A stretch of 64,000 bases of DNA from Escherichia phage vB_EcoM_EC001: the sequence record MN445185.1; one strand, written 5' to 3'. Within the stretch, counting starts at the first letter, position 1. Each line of letters starts with the position of its first letter. Positions 18,569 through 28,547 of the stretch are shown here, one piece after another. Both the position numbers and the translations under genes were made by a program. The notes under the pieces were generated by a model. The model saw only the letters and a list, made by a program, of their open reading frames with translations. It was not told the origin of the DNA and did not search any database.

Positions 18569-19214
18569 TATTCTCAAAAACTTAGACGAGCAGCAGGAAA
18601 AAGAAGTCATTACTGTTGCGCGTGAGTCCATCTCTACGGAGAAGGAACGTGAGTATTGCATGTGGGTTAAGCCCACTGAAGAAGGTTGGCAATGGCTGTT
18701 TGGTCAGACAGGCGAAACCTTCCTGGATGTCATTATGCCGGTCCTTAACGGCAAACGTCGTGTGCGGTTGTCCACCGATAAAACTGCGGTCTTAACGTTA
18801 AAACGACAAGCATCTGATGGTCGTATCGAAGAGAACTCGGATATCGGGTTTGCCTCGGGTCTGACCTTCTACGAAGATGGCAATCTTGCACATCTCGTGC
18901 GTCGTATCAAACTCGAACCAGGTGAACTGGCAGAGCAAGGTGCGAAGCATTGGGATATCGACTTGTTCTTTAAACTGGCAGGTCACCCAGTTATCGAATC
19001 GCAGGCAGGTTTCGAAGACCTTGTCAACGAACTGCGCGACTCCACGACATTCGGCGAGTGGGTAAAAGTCGAACTGGAAGTTGAGCGATTTGAGCTGACG
19101 TCTATCAAGGACGTATTGCCGTTTGCAGTAGAAGACGCTATTCCAGGCAACCCGTCGGATGCGGAGTCCCAGTTAGTTATTTCGAACTACTGGGATAATG
19201 AAACCCGCATCTAA
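18552..19214 (+). CDS. hypothetical protein (220 aa)
   Basis: Long ORF overlapping upstream stop. Confidence 0.6.
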   Translation: MMGLFDILKNLDEQQEKEVITVARESISTEKEREYCMWVKPTEEGWQWLFGQTGETFLDVIMPVLNGKRRVRLSTDKTAVLTLKRQASDGRIEENSDIGFASGLTFYEDGNLAHLVRRIKLEPGELAEQGAKHWDIDLFFKLAGHPVIESQAGFEDLVNELRDSTTFGEWVKVELEVERFELTSIKDVLPFAVEDAIPGNPSDAESQLVISNYWDNETRI

Positions 19215-19218
19215 GTCG

Positions 19219-19255
19219 TGCCCTCTCCTTCGGGAGAGGGTATCTTTATTTTTTA
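19219..19255 (+). terminator. rho-independent terminator
   Basis: CCCTCTCC-TTCG-GGAGAGGG hairpin plus T-tract. Confidence 0.8.
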
Positions 19256-19272
19256 TCTTAAGGAGTATGTAA

Positions 19273-19635
19273 ATGCAAATCGGCTTCTTCTTTAATCGTC
19301 ACGGAATCGTGTTTGTTTGTGGTGTTCCGGATAGTGACGGGAGACGTGTACGCACGTTAGAACTCGACGAAACATCTATGGTCGAGTGGAAAGAGAAACT
19401 TGCTCCCTTCGCAGAAGGTAAGTTTCAACTGCTGCAGCTCTACACGCAAGCTGCATCACCACGCGTTGCTTTCTCCCGACTTGGAGACGGCGAAGACACC
19501 ACACATCTGGTTATCTTCAGTGGGCAGCCTGGTCGTGTATTGAGCGAATTATTGATGGGATTCAATCCGCCTAGCAAGCCCAGGATGAATACGTACAATG
19601 TGCACGACAGTAGCCAAATTCTTATTCTTCGATAA
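19273..19635 (+). CDS. hypothetical protein (120 aa)
   Basis: ORF with SD AAGGAG upstream. Confidence 0.5.
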   Translation: MQIGFFFNRHGIVFVCGVPDSDGRRVRTLELDETSMVEWKEKLAPFAEGKFQLLQLYTQAASPRVAFSRLGDGEDTTHLVIFSGQPGRVLSELLMGFNPPSKPRMNTYNVHDSSQILILR

Positions 19636-19683
19636 TTTACGGCCACGGCTGTACGTATGTAAAAGACCTCAAGGAGAACTATA

Positions 19684-20103
19684 ATGAACAATATCGCGTT
19701 TGAAAAAGGCGTTGGGTTACTTCTGAACAACACCATCGTCGCTGGCACTAATAACGCTAACTGGGAAGCGTTAGCGCAACGTCTCAAAGACAAGCCTGTG
19801 AAGATTGTGGTAACGAGCGAGCTGCCGTTAAACGGCACGATGGCGGACTGTGGTCCAATGTTTGCGGCGTTTAACATCGACTATGATTGCGGTTCCGCTT
19901 TCTTACAAAACGCCGCGTTACGTAGCCGTCTGTACAGCTGGCGTTTGCTGGGTCCGGTAAGTAAAGCCGCAGGTCAAATGGTTAACCAGGGCACACCGAT
20001 GTCGGGTGTAGAAGACCAGACTATCGCCGTTGTCGTTTCTCGCGCAACCGGCCAGCTTAACTTTGCAATCTGCTACGCGTATCAGGAGGAAGAGTATGCT
20101 TAG
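19684..20103 (+). CDS. hypothetical protein (139 aa)
   Basis: ORF with SD AAGGAGA upstream. Confidence 0.5.
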   Translation: MNNIAFEKGVGLLLNNTIVAGTNNANWEALAQRLKDKPVKIVVTSELPLNGTMADCGPMFAAFNIDYDCGSAFLQNAALRSRLYSWRLLGPVSKAAGQMVNQGTPMSGVEDQTIAVVVSRATGQLNFAICYAYQEEEYA

Positions 20104-20956
20104 TATTATTCAGCAGACTCAGGCGGTTGATGATTGGTACCGGCAAGCGAAGATTTACCAATACGGGACACGCGAGCAGCAGCTAGCCAAGTTCTATCGC
20201 ACATTAGGCGACGTCGCTGAAGGTGTGCAGAAGATGGACAACTTGAAAGTGGCGGCGGCCATGGGTCGCTCTCTTTGGGCGTTCGTTGGTCTGTTGCACT
20301 TCGGCAAGCACACGAACGTGGGAGATTTCGTTATTCCACTGGATGCAGCTATAAAAGACCGCACCACGGGAAACACCAAAGAGTTCCGTCTTCATAACCT
20401 TTTTGTTGTTGCCACCGAAGTGGTTGGACTCATATTGCAAGATGAGCACGAGCCCCACAGCTACGTTACCGAGCTGCATAGTTTGGCGCGACAATACCGA
20501 ATGTTGGCGCGTATCTGCGGCCTGGAATTCGGCCGTGTAATATACAACGGACATCGTGTGCTAATCAACACGAAAGGTGAAATGAACGGCATCGGGTTGT
20601 TTGTTCCCGCGTCTGATGATTTTACTGGCGATAAATTGCCTGGTTCTAGACAGATGTCTGGGCCAGCCATCTGTCTGATGTTCCAGACTGTCCTGGACAG
20701 TTGTGTCGCTACGCACCTTGCGCCCTATTGCCACCGGCCGTTTAAACGCGACGAGTTGCCGACAATCAATGCTGCACTCGCAACTACGTTAAACGAACTG
20801 CTGGACAAATATGTTCGTGACTCAGTGCGCTGGAATCGTATCCTGTTCGAACGTGTACCTGAAATAACCGCAGCCTACACAGATGGCGGTGTGAATGTGG
20901 TGATGAATGATGATCTACTTTACTTATTTGAAAGCTTAAAGAGGGATAGTATCTAA
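20096..20956 (+). CDS. hypothetical protein (286 aa), coupled to thymidylate synthase
   Basis: ATG at 20096 with SD AGGAGGA; stop overlaps the thymidylate synthase start (TAATG); MazG-like pyrophosphatase considered but motif match is weak. Confidence 0.5.
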   Translation: MLSIIQQTQAVDDWYRQAKIYQYGTREQQLAKFYRTLGDVAEGVQKMDNLKVAAAMGRSLWAFVGLLHFGKHTNVGDFVIPLDAAIKDRTTGNTKEFRLHNLFVVATEVVGLILQDEHEPHSYVTELHSLARQYRMLARICGLEFGRVIYNGHRVLINTKGEMNGIGLFVPASDDFTGDKLPGSRQMSGPAICLMFQTVLDSCVATHLAPYCHRPFKRDELPTINAALATTLNELLDKYVRDSVRWNRILFERVPEITAAYTDGGVNVVMNDDLLYLFESLKRDSI

Positions 20957-21987
20957 TGAAGCAATACCTTGAAACGATGCAGAATATTCTGGATGAAGGG
21001 CATGTTAAAGGCGACCGTACTGGAACAGGGACGCTCTCCGTCTTTGGTCGCCAAATGCGTTTTGATTTGCGCAAAGGTTTCCCGCTAGTCACGACTAAAA
21101 AACTCCACCTGCGTTCTATTATTCACGAACTGCTGTGGTTCCTTAGTGGCGATACCAACACCAAATATCTGGAAGATAACGGCGTTACCATTTGGCGGGA
21201 GTGGCAAGATGAAAATGGGAACCTTGGCCCCCTGTATGGGGAACAGTGGAGACGTTGGAAAGATGTGAAACTGGTGCCTAAGAAAAATGCAGCTTTACTC
21301 GAGAAACTGCAAGATGCAGGATACGTGGATTATGGCGACGCGGACGACGGTTCACAAATGTTCGATGCGCGTGTACTTCTGAAAGAGCACGACCAAATCT
21401 CTAAGGTGATTGACCAACTGCGTAACGATCCTGACAGTCGCCGTATTATTGTCAGCGCATGGAATGTGGGTGAGTTGGATCAAATGGCGTTAGCTCCGTG
21501 TCATGCGTTCTTTCAGTTCTACACTCGTGAGCTGTCTATCGACGAGCGGGTGAATTGGGCAGAAGATAACGATAACGAACTCTGGTCTGATTATGTCCAC
21601 AGCACGTACGTACCCGCACCTAAGCGATTAGAGTGGTTGGATAAAGCCAACGTGCCAACCCGTATGTTGTCTTGTCAGCTGTATGCACGTTCCCAAGACT
21701 TCTTCCTGGGAACACCGTTCAACATCGCGTCTTACGCATTACTCGTGCACATGGTAGCTCAACAAGTTAACATGGTGCCAGGCGATTTCGTTTGGAGCGG
21801 CGGTGACGTGCATCTGTACTCCAACCATCTGGAGCAGGCCAAGCTGCAGCTGACGCGTGAACCTTTACCTTTGCCGAAACTGGTCATCAAACGTAAACCG
21901 GAATCTATCTTCGGTTATAAGTTCGATGATTTTGAGATCCAGGATTACGTATCACACGACCCAATTAAAGCGCCTGTCGCTATCTAA
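20956..21987 (+). CDS. thyA: thymidylate synthase (ThyA family) with two insertions relative to E. coli ThyA
   Basis: N-terminus [31 protein letters not shown], active-site [12 protein letters not shown]-terminus [25 protein letters not shown] all near-identical to E. coli ThyA (from memory). Confidence 0.92.
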   Translation: MKQYLETMQNILDEGHVKGDRTGTGTLSVFGRQMRFDLRKGFPLVTTKKLHLRSIIHELLWFLSGDTNTKYLEDNGVTIWREWQDENGNLGPLYGEQWRRWKDVKLVPKKNAALLEKLQDAGYVDYGDADDGSQMFDARVLLKEHDQISKVIDQLRNDPDSRRIIVSAWNVGELDQMALAPCHAFFQFYTRELSIDERVNWAEDNDNELWSDYVHSTYVPAPKRLEWLDKANVPTRMLSCQLYARSQDFFLGTPFNIASYALLVHMVAQQVNMVPGDFVWSGGDVHLYSNHLEQAKLQLTREPLPLPKLVIKRKPESIFGYKFDDFEIQDYVSHDPIKAPVAI

Positions 21988-21999
21988 ATAGGAGCGTTT

Positions 22000-22536
22000 A
22001 TGGTTGACAACGTCGTTCCATTCAAACCTAAAGTGGTGGTTGCTACGGACGAACCGCCGTTTATTCCTGTCAATGGACAGAAGATCATCGAGTTTCCAGA
22101 CGAGCATCGTGGGCAATTGCACGTTCCACAACCGGACGGGACGATGAAAGCTATCGGTTTCCCGATAGCTGAACAAGAATGGTGGACGCTTCTGGCCATC
22201 CAGATGATGTCGCGTGGTCTGGGTGTGTCTACGGAACCTGTCGTTCGCATTAATACCGACCCGTATATCCACGAACAAGGCAGTTGGATGGAACGACGTC
22301 GGACAATGGAGATGCAGATTAGCAAAGAAACGCTTTTGCAAATCGCCGAGTCCACGCCCTTTATCCTGACCTCATCTTTTAACGGGGATATGGATGAAGA
22401 CCTCTACATGCACCTTTCAGGCTTAGCAGCTGAACACCGCATTGCAGAAGAAGAGCCTATCTATACCGAAGCGATGATTATCCATCCGACTGGCTTAGAA
22501 GGTGATACCTTTAAACTGATTTGGGTGGAGCTATGA
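22000..22536 (+). CDS. hypothetical protein (178 aa)
   Basis: ORF with SD AGGAG upstream. Confidence 0.55.
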   Translation: MVDNVVPFKPKVVVATDEPPFIPVNGQKIIEFPDEHRGQLHVPQPDGTMKAIGFPIAEQEWWTLLAIQMMSRGLGVSTEPVVRINTDPYIHEQGSWMERRRTMEMQISKETLLQIAESTPFILTSSFNGDMDEDLYMHLSGLAAEHRIAEEEPIYTEAMIIHPTGLEGDTFKLIWVEL

Positions 22537-22784
22537 CTGACCGACTCAGTAAAACAATTCGACTACCACAACAGCGTAATGTTCGCAAAGGCGATGTTTT
22601 CACGGCGGAAGAATGGGTTGCATTAAAGGCCCTGTTCCCGGACGAAACCGATTCACATGTCGTCCAAATGGCATTGAAAGAGTTTGCAAAGAACGCTCCT
22701 GAAATGCTGCTGCGTAAGAAAGAAGAAGAACTGAATATGCTCCGTAACAGCGTAGACGTTCTCTTTAAAACAATGGAGAAATAA
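22533..22784 (+). CDS. hypothetical small protein (83 aa)
   Basis: ATGA overlap with upstream stop. Confidence 0.45.
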   Translation: MTDRLSKTIRLPQQRNVRKGDVFTAEEWVALKALFPDETDSHVVQMALKEFAKNAPEMLLRKKEEELNMLRNSVDVLFKTMEK

Positions 22785-22785
22785 G

Positions 22786-23553
22786 ATGATGAAACTCTTT
22801 GCGTTCTCCGATGAATTCTACACAGTGGAATTCGACGACTACGAATACGGGTTATTAGGGGCCGTCGACATGGAGGACGCTAAACGGCAGCTTCCTACTA
22901 GCGAAATAGAAATCATTGAGATTGGGGAAACTAATCTTAGTGAGATTTTGATGCTGGGGCGGCGACCACGACCTGCGGAACCTGAGCAGGAAAGAGAGCA
23001 AGCGCAAGCGATTTGTCTGGTTTATGAGCCGATAGACCCTGCAGCGATAGCGAAGGTAGTCGATACGTTACGGCCACAGATTGGCGTCGCGATTGAAAAT
23101 TATCGCTGGGCTCGTTTCTCGGGCGACACGCCGATATTTTCGAATAAGCACTGGTTGTTATGTATCAACGACGACACGATAATGGTACCGTTAACAGGGG
23201 AGAAGAATTTTGAAGATAACTTCGTCCCTGGCGAAGAGTCTGTTATCTTCGAGTATAGCCATGTCATCGGAAAGCCGAGCTTCTACCAAGTTCTGATTGA
23301 TGTCTTGACTCACGTCGGTCGAACCATCGAATACCACTACTGGGCACGCCAGGCGCGTTCTAAATGGTTCTCGTTGACGTACGTCGAAGGTTGGGAACGT
23401 GTTGTTGAAAAGATTGACGGGCGCTATGAGCAGATATGGTTCCTGAACCCGGCATTCCGTGAAGAATTACCCGCATGGGTAAAAGAAGAGGCGAGCAAGC
23501 TGACGGTTGGCTTTACTAAGCAGGGCGCGCCGTATATGGTTAACTACAAATAA
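22786..23553 (+). CDS. hypothetical protein (255 aa)
   Basis: Long ORF immediately after upstream stop. Confidence 0.6.
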   Translation: MMKLFAFSDEFYTVEFDDYEYGLLGAVDMEDAKRQLPTSEIEIIEIGETNLSEILMLGRRPRPAEPEQEREQAQAICLVYEPIDPAAIAKVVDTLRPQIGVAIENYRWARFSGDTPIFSNKHWLLCINDDTIMVPLTGEKNFEDNFVPGEESVIFEYSHVIGKPSFYQVLIDVLTHVGRTIEYHYWARQARSKWFSLTYVEGWERVVEKIDGRYEQIWFLNPAFREELPAWVKEEASKLTVGFTKQGAPYMVNYK

Positions 23554-23564
23554 GGTGAAAACAG

Positions 23565-24044
23565 ATGTCTATAACTCGGATCGATTATCGTGCCGTGGTA
23601 AAAGAACTGTCCAAAGGTCTTATCGAACTGGACTCCGATGAAGCCCGTAGCTGTGGCTTTTTACCGCATATTGCACTGAGTGAGTTCCGCACTATCCGCT
23701 ATGGAGCTGGTCGTCAGAAAGGCGTTACAACACACGCTGTTGATATGTCAGCAAAGTTCCACGGCAGCGTTCTGTATCTGGTTCACAACGAAGCATTACG
23801 GAGCGAAGTGGTGGAGAAATTCCATGAAAAAGCCGCTGGGAACGGTTGGTTGACCGTACACTGTAACTACTTGCCCGAGGGTTGGAAACGCGCGACGGGT
23901 GCTGGTATATCCGGCTACGAGAAATTCGGCTTGGTTATTGTCGACGAAGCGGGTTTCTTCTTCAACAAGTTCAGTTACGATAAAATCTATCGCAGTCTGG
24001 TCGACGTAGTAACGCCAGACGTTGTGATACACCTGATTAATTAA
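23565..24044 (+). CDS. hypothetical protein (159 aa) with Walker-B-like LVIVDEAG
   Basis: Contains GAGRQKGVTT (non-canonical P-loop-like) and LVIVDEAG; too degenerate to assign. Confidence 0.45.
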   Translation: MSITRIDYRAVVKELSKGLIELDSDEARSCGFLPHIALSEFRTIRYGAGRQKGVTTHAVDMSAKFHGSVLYLVHNEALRSEVVEKFHEKAAGNGWLTVHCNYLPEGWKRATGAGISGYEKFGLVIVDEAGFFFNKFSYDKIYRSLVDVVTPDVVIHLIN

Positions 24045-24056
24045 GTAGAGGAAAAT

Positions 24057-24245
24057 ATGGCTGGAGAACTCGGTCGTGGGCAAGCCACAACGTTCATGTA
24101 TCGTGATGGGTTAGGTGCGGATGTAAACATGTCTCCGGATGACGAGATGGTTATCCCTGGACTTGACCCGGACGCAGGTGTGGAAGGTGGCGTCGACCCG
24201 TCGAAAGACGACGACAACTGCACCGGTGGTGCGTGCAAGATTTAA
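24057..24245 (+). CDS. hypothetical small acidic protein (62 aa)
   Basis: Short ORF with SD GAGGA upstream, directly before a terminator. Confidence 0.35.
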   Translation: MAGELGRGQATTFMYRDGLGADVNMSPDDEMVIPGLDPDAGVEGGVDPSKDDDNCTGGACKI

Positions 24246-24253
24246 AATACGTA

Positions 24254-24290
24254 TTAGGGTGTCCATATGGACACCCTACTTATTTTTTTG
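24254..24290 (+). terminator. rho-independent terminator
   Basis: AGGGTGTCC-ATAT-GGACACCCT hairpin plus T-tract. Confidence 0.8.
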
Positions 24291-24307
24291 TTTAAGGAGC
24301 TATCAAA

Positions 24308-25249
24308 ATGGGCGAACGTTTCATTATCCAGATTCCGTATAACGTTATTGTTGAACCTAACCAGTACCTGGCACAGATTAATGAGCTTCTGGCTGGATTC
24401 TGCCAACGTCAGTTTGTTAAACCGTGGTCCTTTGAGAAACTGTACACCCTGTGCGTGAACAGTGAAACCGGTCACACTTACGTCGAAGGTAAAGTCTTCA
24501 CAGGCGACCAGCGTTTGGAAATAAATGATTTCGAAATGCCGTGGACGTTGGAAGGTGTCGAGTATCGTGGTACGGTTGATCGTCCGCGTTACGTACCTTT
24601 GTACACCATCCCACAATGTATTACTAACGTTATGGGTTGGTCTAAAGCGCGTGGTATTCTGGATAACGGCGTCTGGTATAGCCAAGCCACCAAACTCTAC
24701 GAAGAAGACGGTGAAGCGGCAACCGGTATCAGTAAAAACAAACGCCGTTACATCATGGACGGTATCGGTGATGCTCTGGTCGTGCTGGTTAACTTGATGG
24801 AACTCATTAAGTTTGACTCAACCGATATCACCACATACGTCAACGACGCACGTTCAAAGAAACCACACGCCGGGAACAGTCATTACCTGTTCCACAAAAT
24901 GCGTTTCCATCTTACTTGTGCAGTTGATTATATCTGGGATCAGGCAGGCATCGACTCAGCTAAGCAACTCGAATATAAACACTTCGAGAACAGCGACGCG
25001 GTAATGATCGAATGTCACTTCGCGCAGATGGTCGAATACGCCAATGCGCTGGCTAATGCGTACGATATGACTCTGGAACAGTGCTTCTCCTTGGCGTGGG
25101 ATGAAATCAAAGACCGTAAGGGTTTCCTGAATGCGGACGGTATCTTCGTTAAAGAAGCAGACATGACTGCTGCTGAAATCGAAGTAAACGGTTCCCTTAC
25201 TGTAAAAGATGAGGCGTTTACCGATGGCGAAGAAACTGTTCACGGTTGA
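24308..25249 (+). CDS. hypothetical protein (313 aa)
   Basis: Long ORF with SD AAGGAG upstream. Confidence 0.6.
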   Translation: MGERFIIQIPYNVIVEPNQYLAQINELLAGFCQRQFVKPWSFEKLYTLCVNSETGHTYVEGKVFTGDQRLEINDFEMPWTLEGVEYRGTVDRPRYVPLYTIPQCITNVMGWSKARGILDNGVWYSQATKLYEEDGEAATGISKNKRRYIMDGIGDALVVLVNLMELIKFDSTDITTYVNDARSKKPHAGNSHYLFHKMRFHLTCAVDYIWDQAGIDSAKQLEYKHFENSDAVMIECHFAQMVEYANALANAYDMTLEQCFSLAWDEIKDRKGFLNADGIFVKEADMTAAEIEVNGSLTVKDEAFTDGEETVHG

Positions 25250-25646
25250 TTACGATGAATACGCTGATCGTTTACTGGTCAACAATATCGTCTGGGAAGA
25301 CCACGGTCTAATGCCATGGCATCTGAAATTCCTAGCGGAGCGTTCAGAACAATGCGGTGGTTTGGAGTTCGTACTTACCGACACACCAATTCCGGTACCT
25401 CACATTGCGCCGGTAGAAAATTTGTACTTCTTCGATGCTAATGTGAAGTTATTACAGCAGGTACTCTATACGCATGATTGGCGTGGCGGTTGTCAGTTCC
25501 CAGAGAACGTTTTAAAGCTCTCTGAACGCTTCGGCACCGACATTGCGTACTGTCAAACGTTCCCAAAAGACTTGGGACGAAACAGCGTGGTGCTGTGGTA
25601 TTACCCTCCGGTAGAAGATATCGTAAAAGTGATTATCGAACGCTAA
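25224..25646 (+). CDS. hypothetical protein (140 aa)
   Basis: ORF overlapping the upstream gene end; ATG at 25209 or 25224. Confidence 0.5.
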   Translation: MAKKLFTVDYDEYADRLLVNNIVWEDHGLMPWHLKFLAERSEQCGGLEFVLTDTPIPVPHIAPVENLYFFDANVKLLQQVLYTHDWRGGCQFPENVLKLSERFGTDIAYCQTFPKDLGRNSVVLWYYPPVEDIVKVIIER

Positions 25647-25702
25647 AAAATAAAAGCAAACGAGTACCCCGTTAGGGGTACTCGCATTACTTATTTTTTT
25701 TG
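25645..25702. terminator. bidirectional rho-independent terminator
   Basis: GAGTACCCC-GTTA-GGGGTACTC hairpin flanked by A-tract and T-tract, between convergent operons. Confidence 0.8.
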
Positions 25703-26254
25703 TTACGCTTGAGCCATGTCGGAAATGTCATAAACCAGACCATTCAACTCAGTAACGGTAATCAGTTTACTGATATCGACACCATCGCTCGGAACTTCGG
25801 TCAAATAAACCTCAACCGTACCTGTCCACGCCAGCGACTTTCCATTGAAACGCAGATTGTGTTTCGTGGAGGAAGTCATTGATTCTGTCGCGTAAATCTC
25901 GGTTGCGTCGATTAACCAATTGTATTTGGTTCGCAGCAAGGGAACAAGATCGGCAGCAGTCGACACGCCGGTGCCATCGACAGACAACACGACGTTCTCA
26001 AACAAATGAGCTACGTCCAATCGACGATAAGTAAGACCCATCTTACCGAACGTACCCTTCTCAATGATACCAGAAACATCAAGGTTGGTGTTCAGTCTGG
26101 TGTATTGCTCTGGGTCAGGATCGGCTGCGGTGATGTGTGCCGGGTTACCGAACGACAATTTATCGATGGTCACGCCCTTACCAGTCAGTCCAGGATTCTG
26201 AGACATGATGAGATCGTAAACCAACTCTTTTGCGGTTTTTCCAAATAAACTCAT
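25703..26254 (-). CDS. hypothetical protein (183 aa), last gene of the giant-protein operon
   Basis: ORF co-oriented and downstream of 26277..28538. Confidence 0.55.
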   Translation of the reverse strand: MSLFGKTAKELVYDLIMSQNPGLTGKGVTIDKLSFGNPAHITAADPDPEQYTRLNTNLDVSGIIEKGTFGKMGLTYRRLDVAHLFENVVLSVDGTGVSTAADLVPLLRTKYNWLIDATEIYATESMTSSTKHNLRFNGKSLAWTGTVEVYLTEVPSDGVDISKLITVTELNGLVYDISDMAQA

Positions 26255-26276
26255 AATGCGCTACCTCTGTGGTGTA

Positions 26277-28538
26277 CTATCGCGCTTGTGGTAGGAAAAT
26301 GTTCGCGATTTGTCGTGCTGGTATGATATCTAACGCGGCGTTGACGATGCTGCCCTGTGACCAGGCACTTGCCCAGTTCTGCGCCCAGATAGACGCGTTG
26401 ATTTTAGCCTGCGCGATGCCGTTGGTACGCTCGTAAAGCGTGGCAGCGCCCAACACAGACATAAATTCACTGAACTTGTTATCATCATCAAACACACCAA
26501 TATCAGTTACAATCGGCATGTACATAACACGCGACAGGTCACGAATAGTTACCTGTATATCACACGACAACGGCAGACCGTCAGCACGCCAACCTAAACC
26601 ACCTGTACCGAACTGGAGACTCAGGTTAGTTACCATGGCGTTACGCATGGAATAACGACCGCGAGAATAGCACTCCAGATAGAACGGGTGTGTAAACGAT
26701 TGTTTACCGGTTGCTAACGGACAAACTGCCGCTAACCAGAACGACAACGGGACAATCAGATCCTGGAACACATCTAAGTCGTTACCCGACCAACAGCGAA
26801 GGGGAATGCTTAGCGAGATATCGTCACCTGAGGTGTCTGAGGAGTCCCACACTTCCGGGAAGTCAATCACTGACGAGTTGTACAGCGACATAATCCCTGA
26901 TAAATGCAAGAAATCGAGTGCGCCTGTAAAGGCGGACTTCAACCCAGTAATGAGACCATCGACTGCGTCGAAACCAGTCTTACCACCAGAGAGGTTTACT
27001 TCCAAAGAACGTGCTTTCTGTGTGGCGGAGTTAACCGTGCCAGAGATTTCAGGTTCTTTGGTGGTGTTGGAGAACGAACGCCCTACGGTATCACGTCCAT
27101 CAACACGCCAAGTAATCCACTGCGAACCATTGCGTATCTCCGAAGCGATGTTCGAAGTTAACCCATCCATAGCGCCTTCTAAAATATCGATATAGTCTTT
27201 GAAGACGCTACCGACAGATTCTTTCTGGCCTTGGTCCATCCAGTTTTCAATCTTCCCAATGTCGAGATTATTCTCATCCATTGAGTTTGCTTCGGTCTGA
27301 CTTTTAGCAACCTGAGCCTGGTTCTTTTCAACCTGTGCCATACGCTCGGCAAGCTTTTTACGTTGCGCATCACCTTCGTTTTCGAAGTTTTCAGCCTTAC
27401 CCCCTTGTGACTGAGCATCCTGAATGCTGCCGTTCATCCCTGCTACCAGTTCGTCTTCTTTGTTGTCGACGTTTTCAAAACCAGCATCGTACCCTTTACC
27501 GGCTTTGGCTACGTATTCAAGGTTACGTAAAGAAACCTCGTACTGCGCAGCTTTCTCCAAATGGGTTGTTGAGTACGTCGCTTCCAGATAGAAGTTTCGC
27601 AAACGACGAGCCATGTCCTCTTCGTTACTCGACTCTTTACGAATTTTATCGATGGTTTTCGCCTGGTAGTTGGCTAATGTTTGGTAGCGGTTAATCATTC
27701 GATAGATATCGAACTCACCATCAGCTGTCCAGATTTCTGGCAGCATGGAGTACCACTCTTTGCGGTCGCCGTTGTACTTATTAGCAGTACCGCCTTTCTC
27801 AGACCCATCTACAGCATTAGCAAGCTGGAAAGTCCCTAACACACCCGTTGGCACCAATCGGCGATAAACTAACTGGGTGTTGACCATATTCTGCACAGCG
27901 CGCAGATACAAGTGCATTGTCGGTTTCACGTAGTAGTAGCGAGAAGTCTGCTTGTTCAGCACCATCTTCAACATACGTGGTGTAATTAGAATAACCGCAA
28001 AGGCAACCGTACCTACTGCGGCCCATATTGCTGCGGCGGCAACATACGTCCCCATCGCACGTAACATACCTGGGTAGTCACCTGTGCGTGCCAGATACGC
28101 TAGGTTGGAATCGTACATATTCGCGAAGAATGCAGCTACCCCGATATATCGAGGTTTACCGAAACGACAATGAAGATAAAAACTGTTTTGGTTAATAGCT
28201 TCGTAATAGAAAGTCCCTAGACGATAGGAACCACGTTGGTCTTGACCTTTAACGTACTTTGAGTACGAGCCACGACCTGCATCGGGTTGTGCAAAAGCAC
28301 CTGTTGAACTCGGATCAGCAAACATCGTAAACTGCGGCGGCGCATTTAACGCTTGCGAACCACCCATCGTGGTATCTTCAAACGAGAGCATCGCGTTAGA
28401 GTAACGACGCAAACCCAGGAAGCGCTCATCGCGCTGTGCGGTTGTACCGCCAAACAGGCCGGTTACCCATCCTGAATCTTTTAGTTGTCTTGCTTCCACG
28501 TAAAACCTCTCTGTAAGATGATTAGGGGGTGTTGCCAC
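26277..28538 (-). CDS. putative virion internal/ejection protein (753 aa) with one TM segment
   Basis: Long ORF directly downstream of the SLT giant gene; hydrophobic segment TYVAAAAIWAAVGTVAFAVILITP; function is inference from context. Confidence 0.5.
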   Translation of the reverse strand: MATPPNHLTERFYVEARQLKDSGWVTGLFGGTTAQRDERFLGLRRYSNAMLSFEDTTMGGSQALNAPPQFTMFADPSSTGAFAQPDAGRGSYSKYVKGQDQRGSYRLGTFYYEAINQNSFYLHCRFGKPRYIGVAAFFANMYDSNLAYLARTGDYPGMLRAMGTYVAAAAIWAAVGTVAFAVILITPRMLKMVLNKQTSRYYYVKPTMHLYLRAVQNMVNTQLVYRRLVPTGVLGTFQLANAVDGSEKGGTANKYNGDRKEWYSMLPEIWTADGEFDIYRMINRYQTLANYQAKTIDKIRKESSNEEDMARRLRNFYLEATYSTTHLEKAAQYEVSLRNLEYVAKAGKGYDAGFENVDNKEDELVAGMNGSIQDAQSQGGKAENFENEGDAQRKKLAERMAQVEKNQAQVAKSQTEANSMDENNLDIGKIENWMDQGQKESVGSVFKDYIDILEGAMDGLTSNIASEIRNGSQWITWRVDGRDTVGRSFSNTTKEPEISGTVNSATQKARSLEVNLSGGKTGFDAVDGLITGLKSAFTGALDFLHLSGIMSLYNSSVIDFPEVWDSSDTSGDDISLSIPLRCWSGNDLDVFQDLIVPLSFWLAAVCPLATGKQSFTHPFYLECYSRGRYSMRNAMVTNLSLQFGTGGLGWRADGLPLSCDIQVTIRDLSRVMYMPIVTDIGVFDDDNKFSEFMSVLGAATLYERTNGIAQAKINASIWAQNWASAWSQGSIVNAALDIIPARQIANIFLPQAR

Positions 28539-28547
28539 CCCCTACGA

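Noticed and set aside
20956-21987. Possibility that the extra length of thyA reflects a group I intron (as in T4 td) or an intein
   Set aside because: The ORF is continuous and in frame through both insertions, and the insertions (~36 and ~43 aa) are far too short for an intein or an intron-encoded endonuclease.
23565-24044. Calling the 159-aa protein a P-loop NTPase or kinase
   Set aside because: Only a Walker-B-like LVIVDEAG and a non-canonical GAGRQKGVTT are present; too degenerate and too short to assign.
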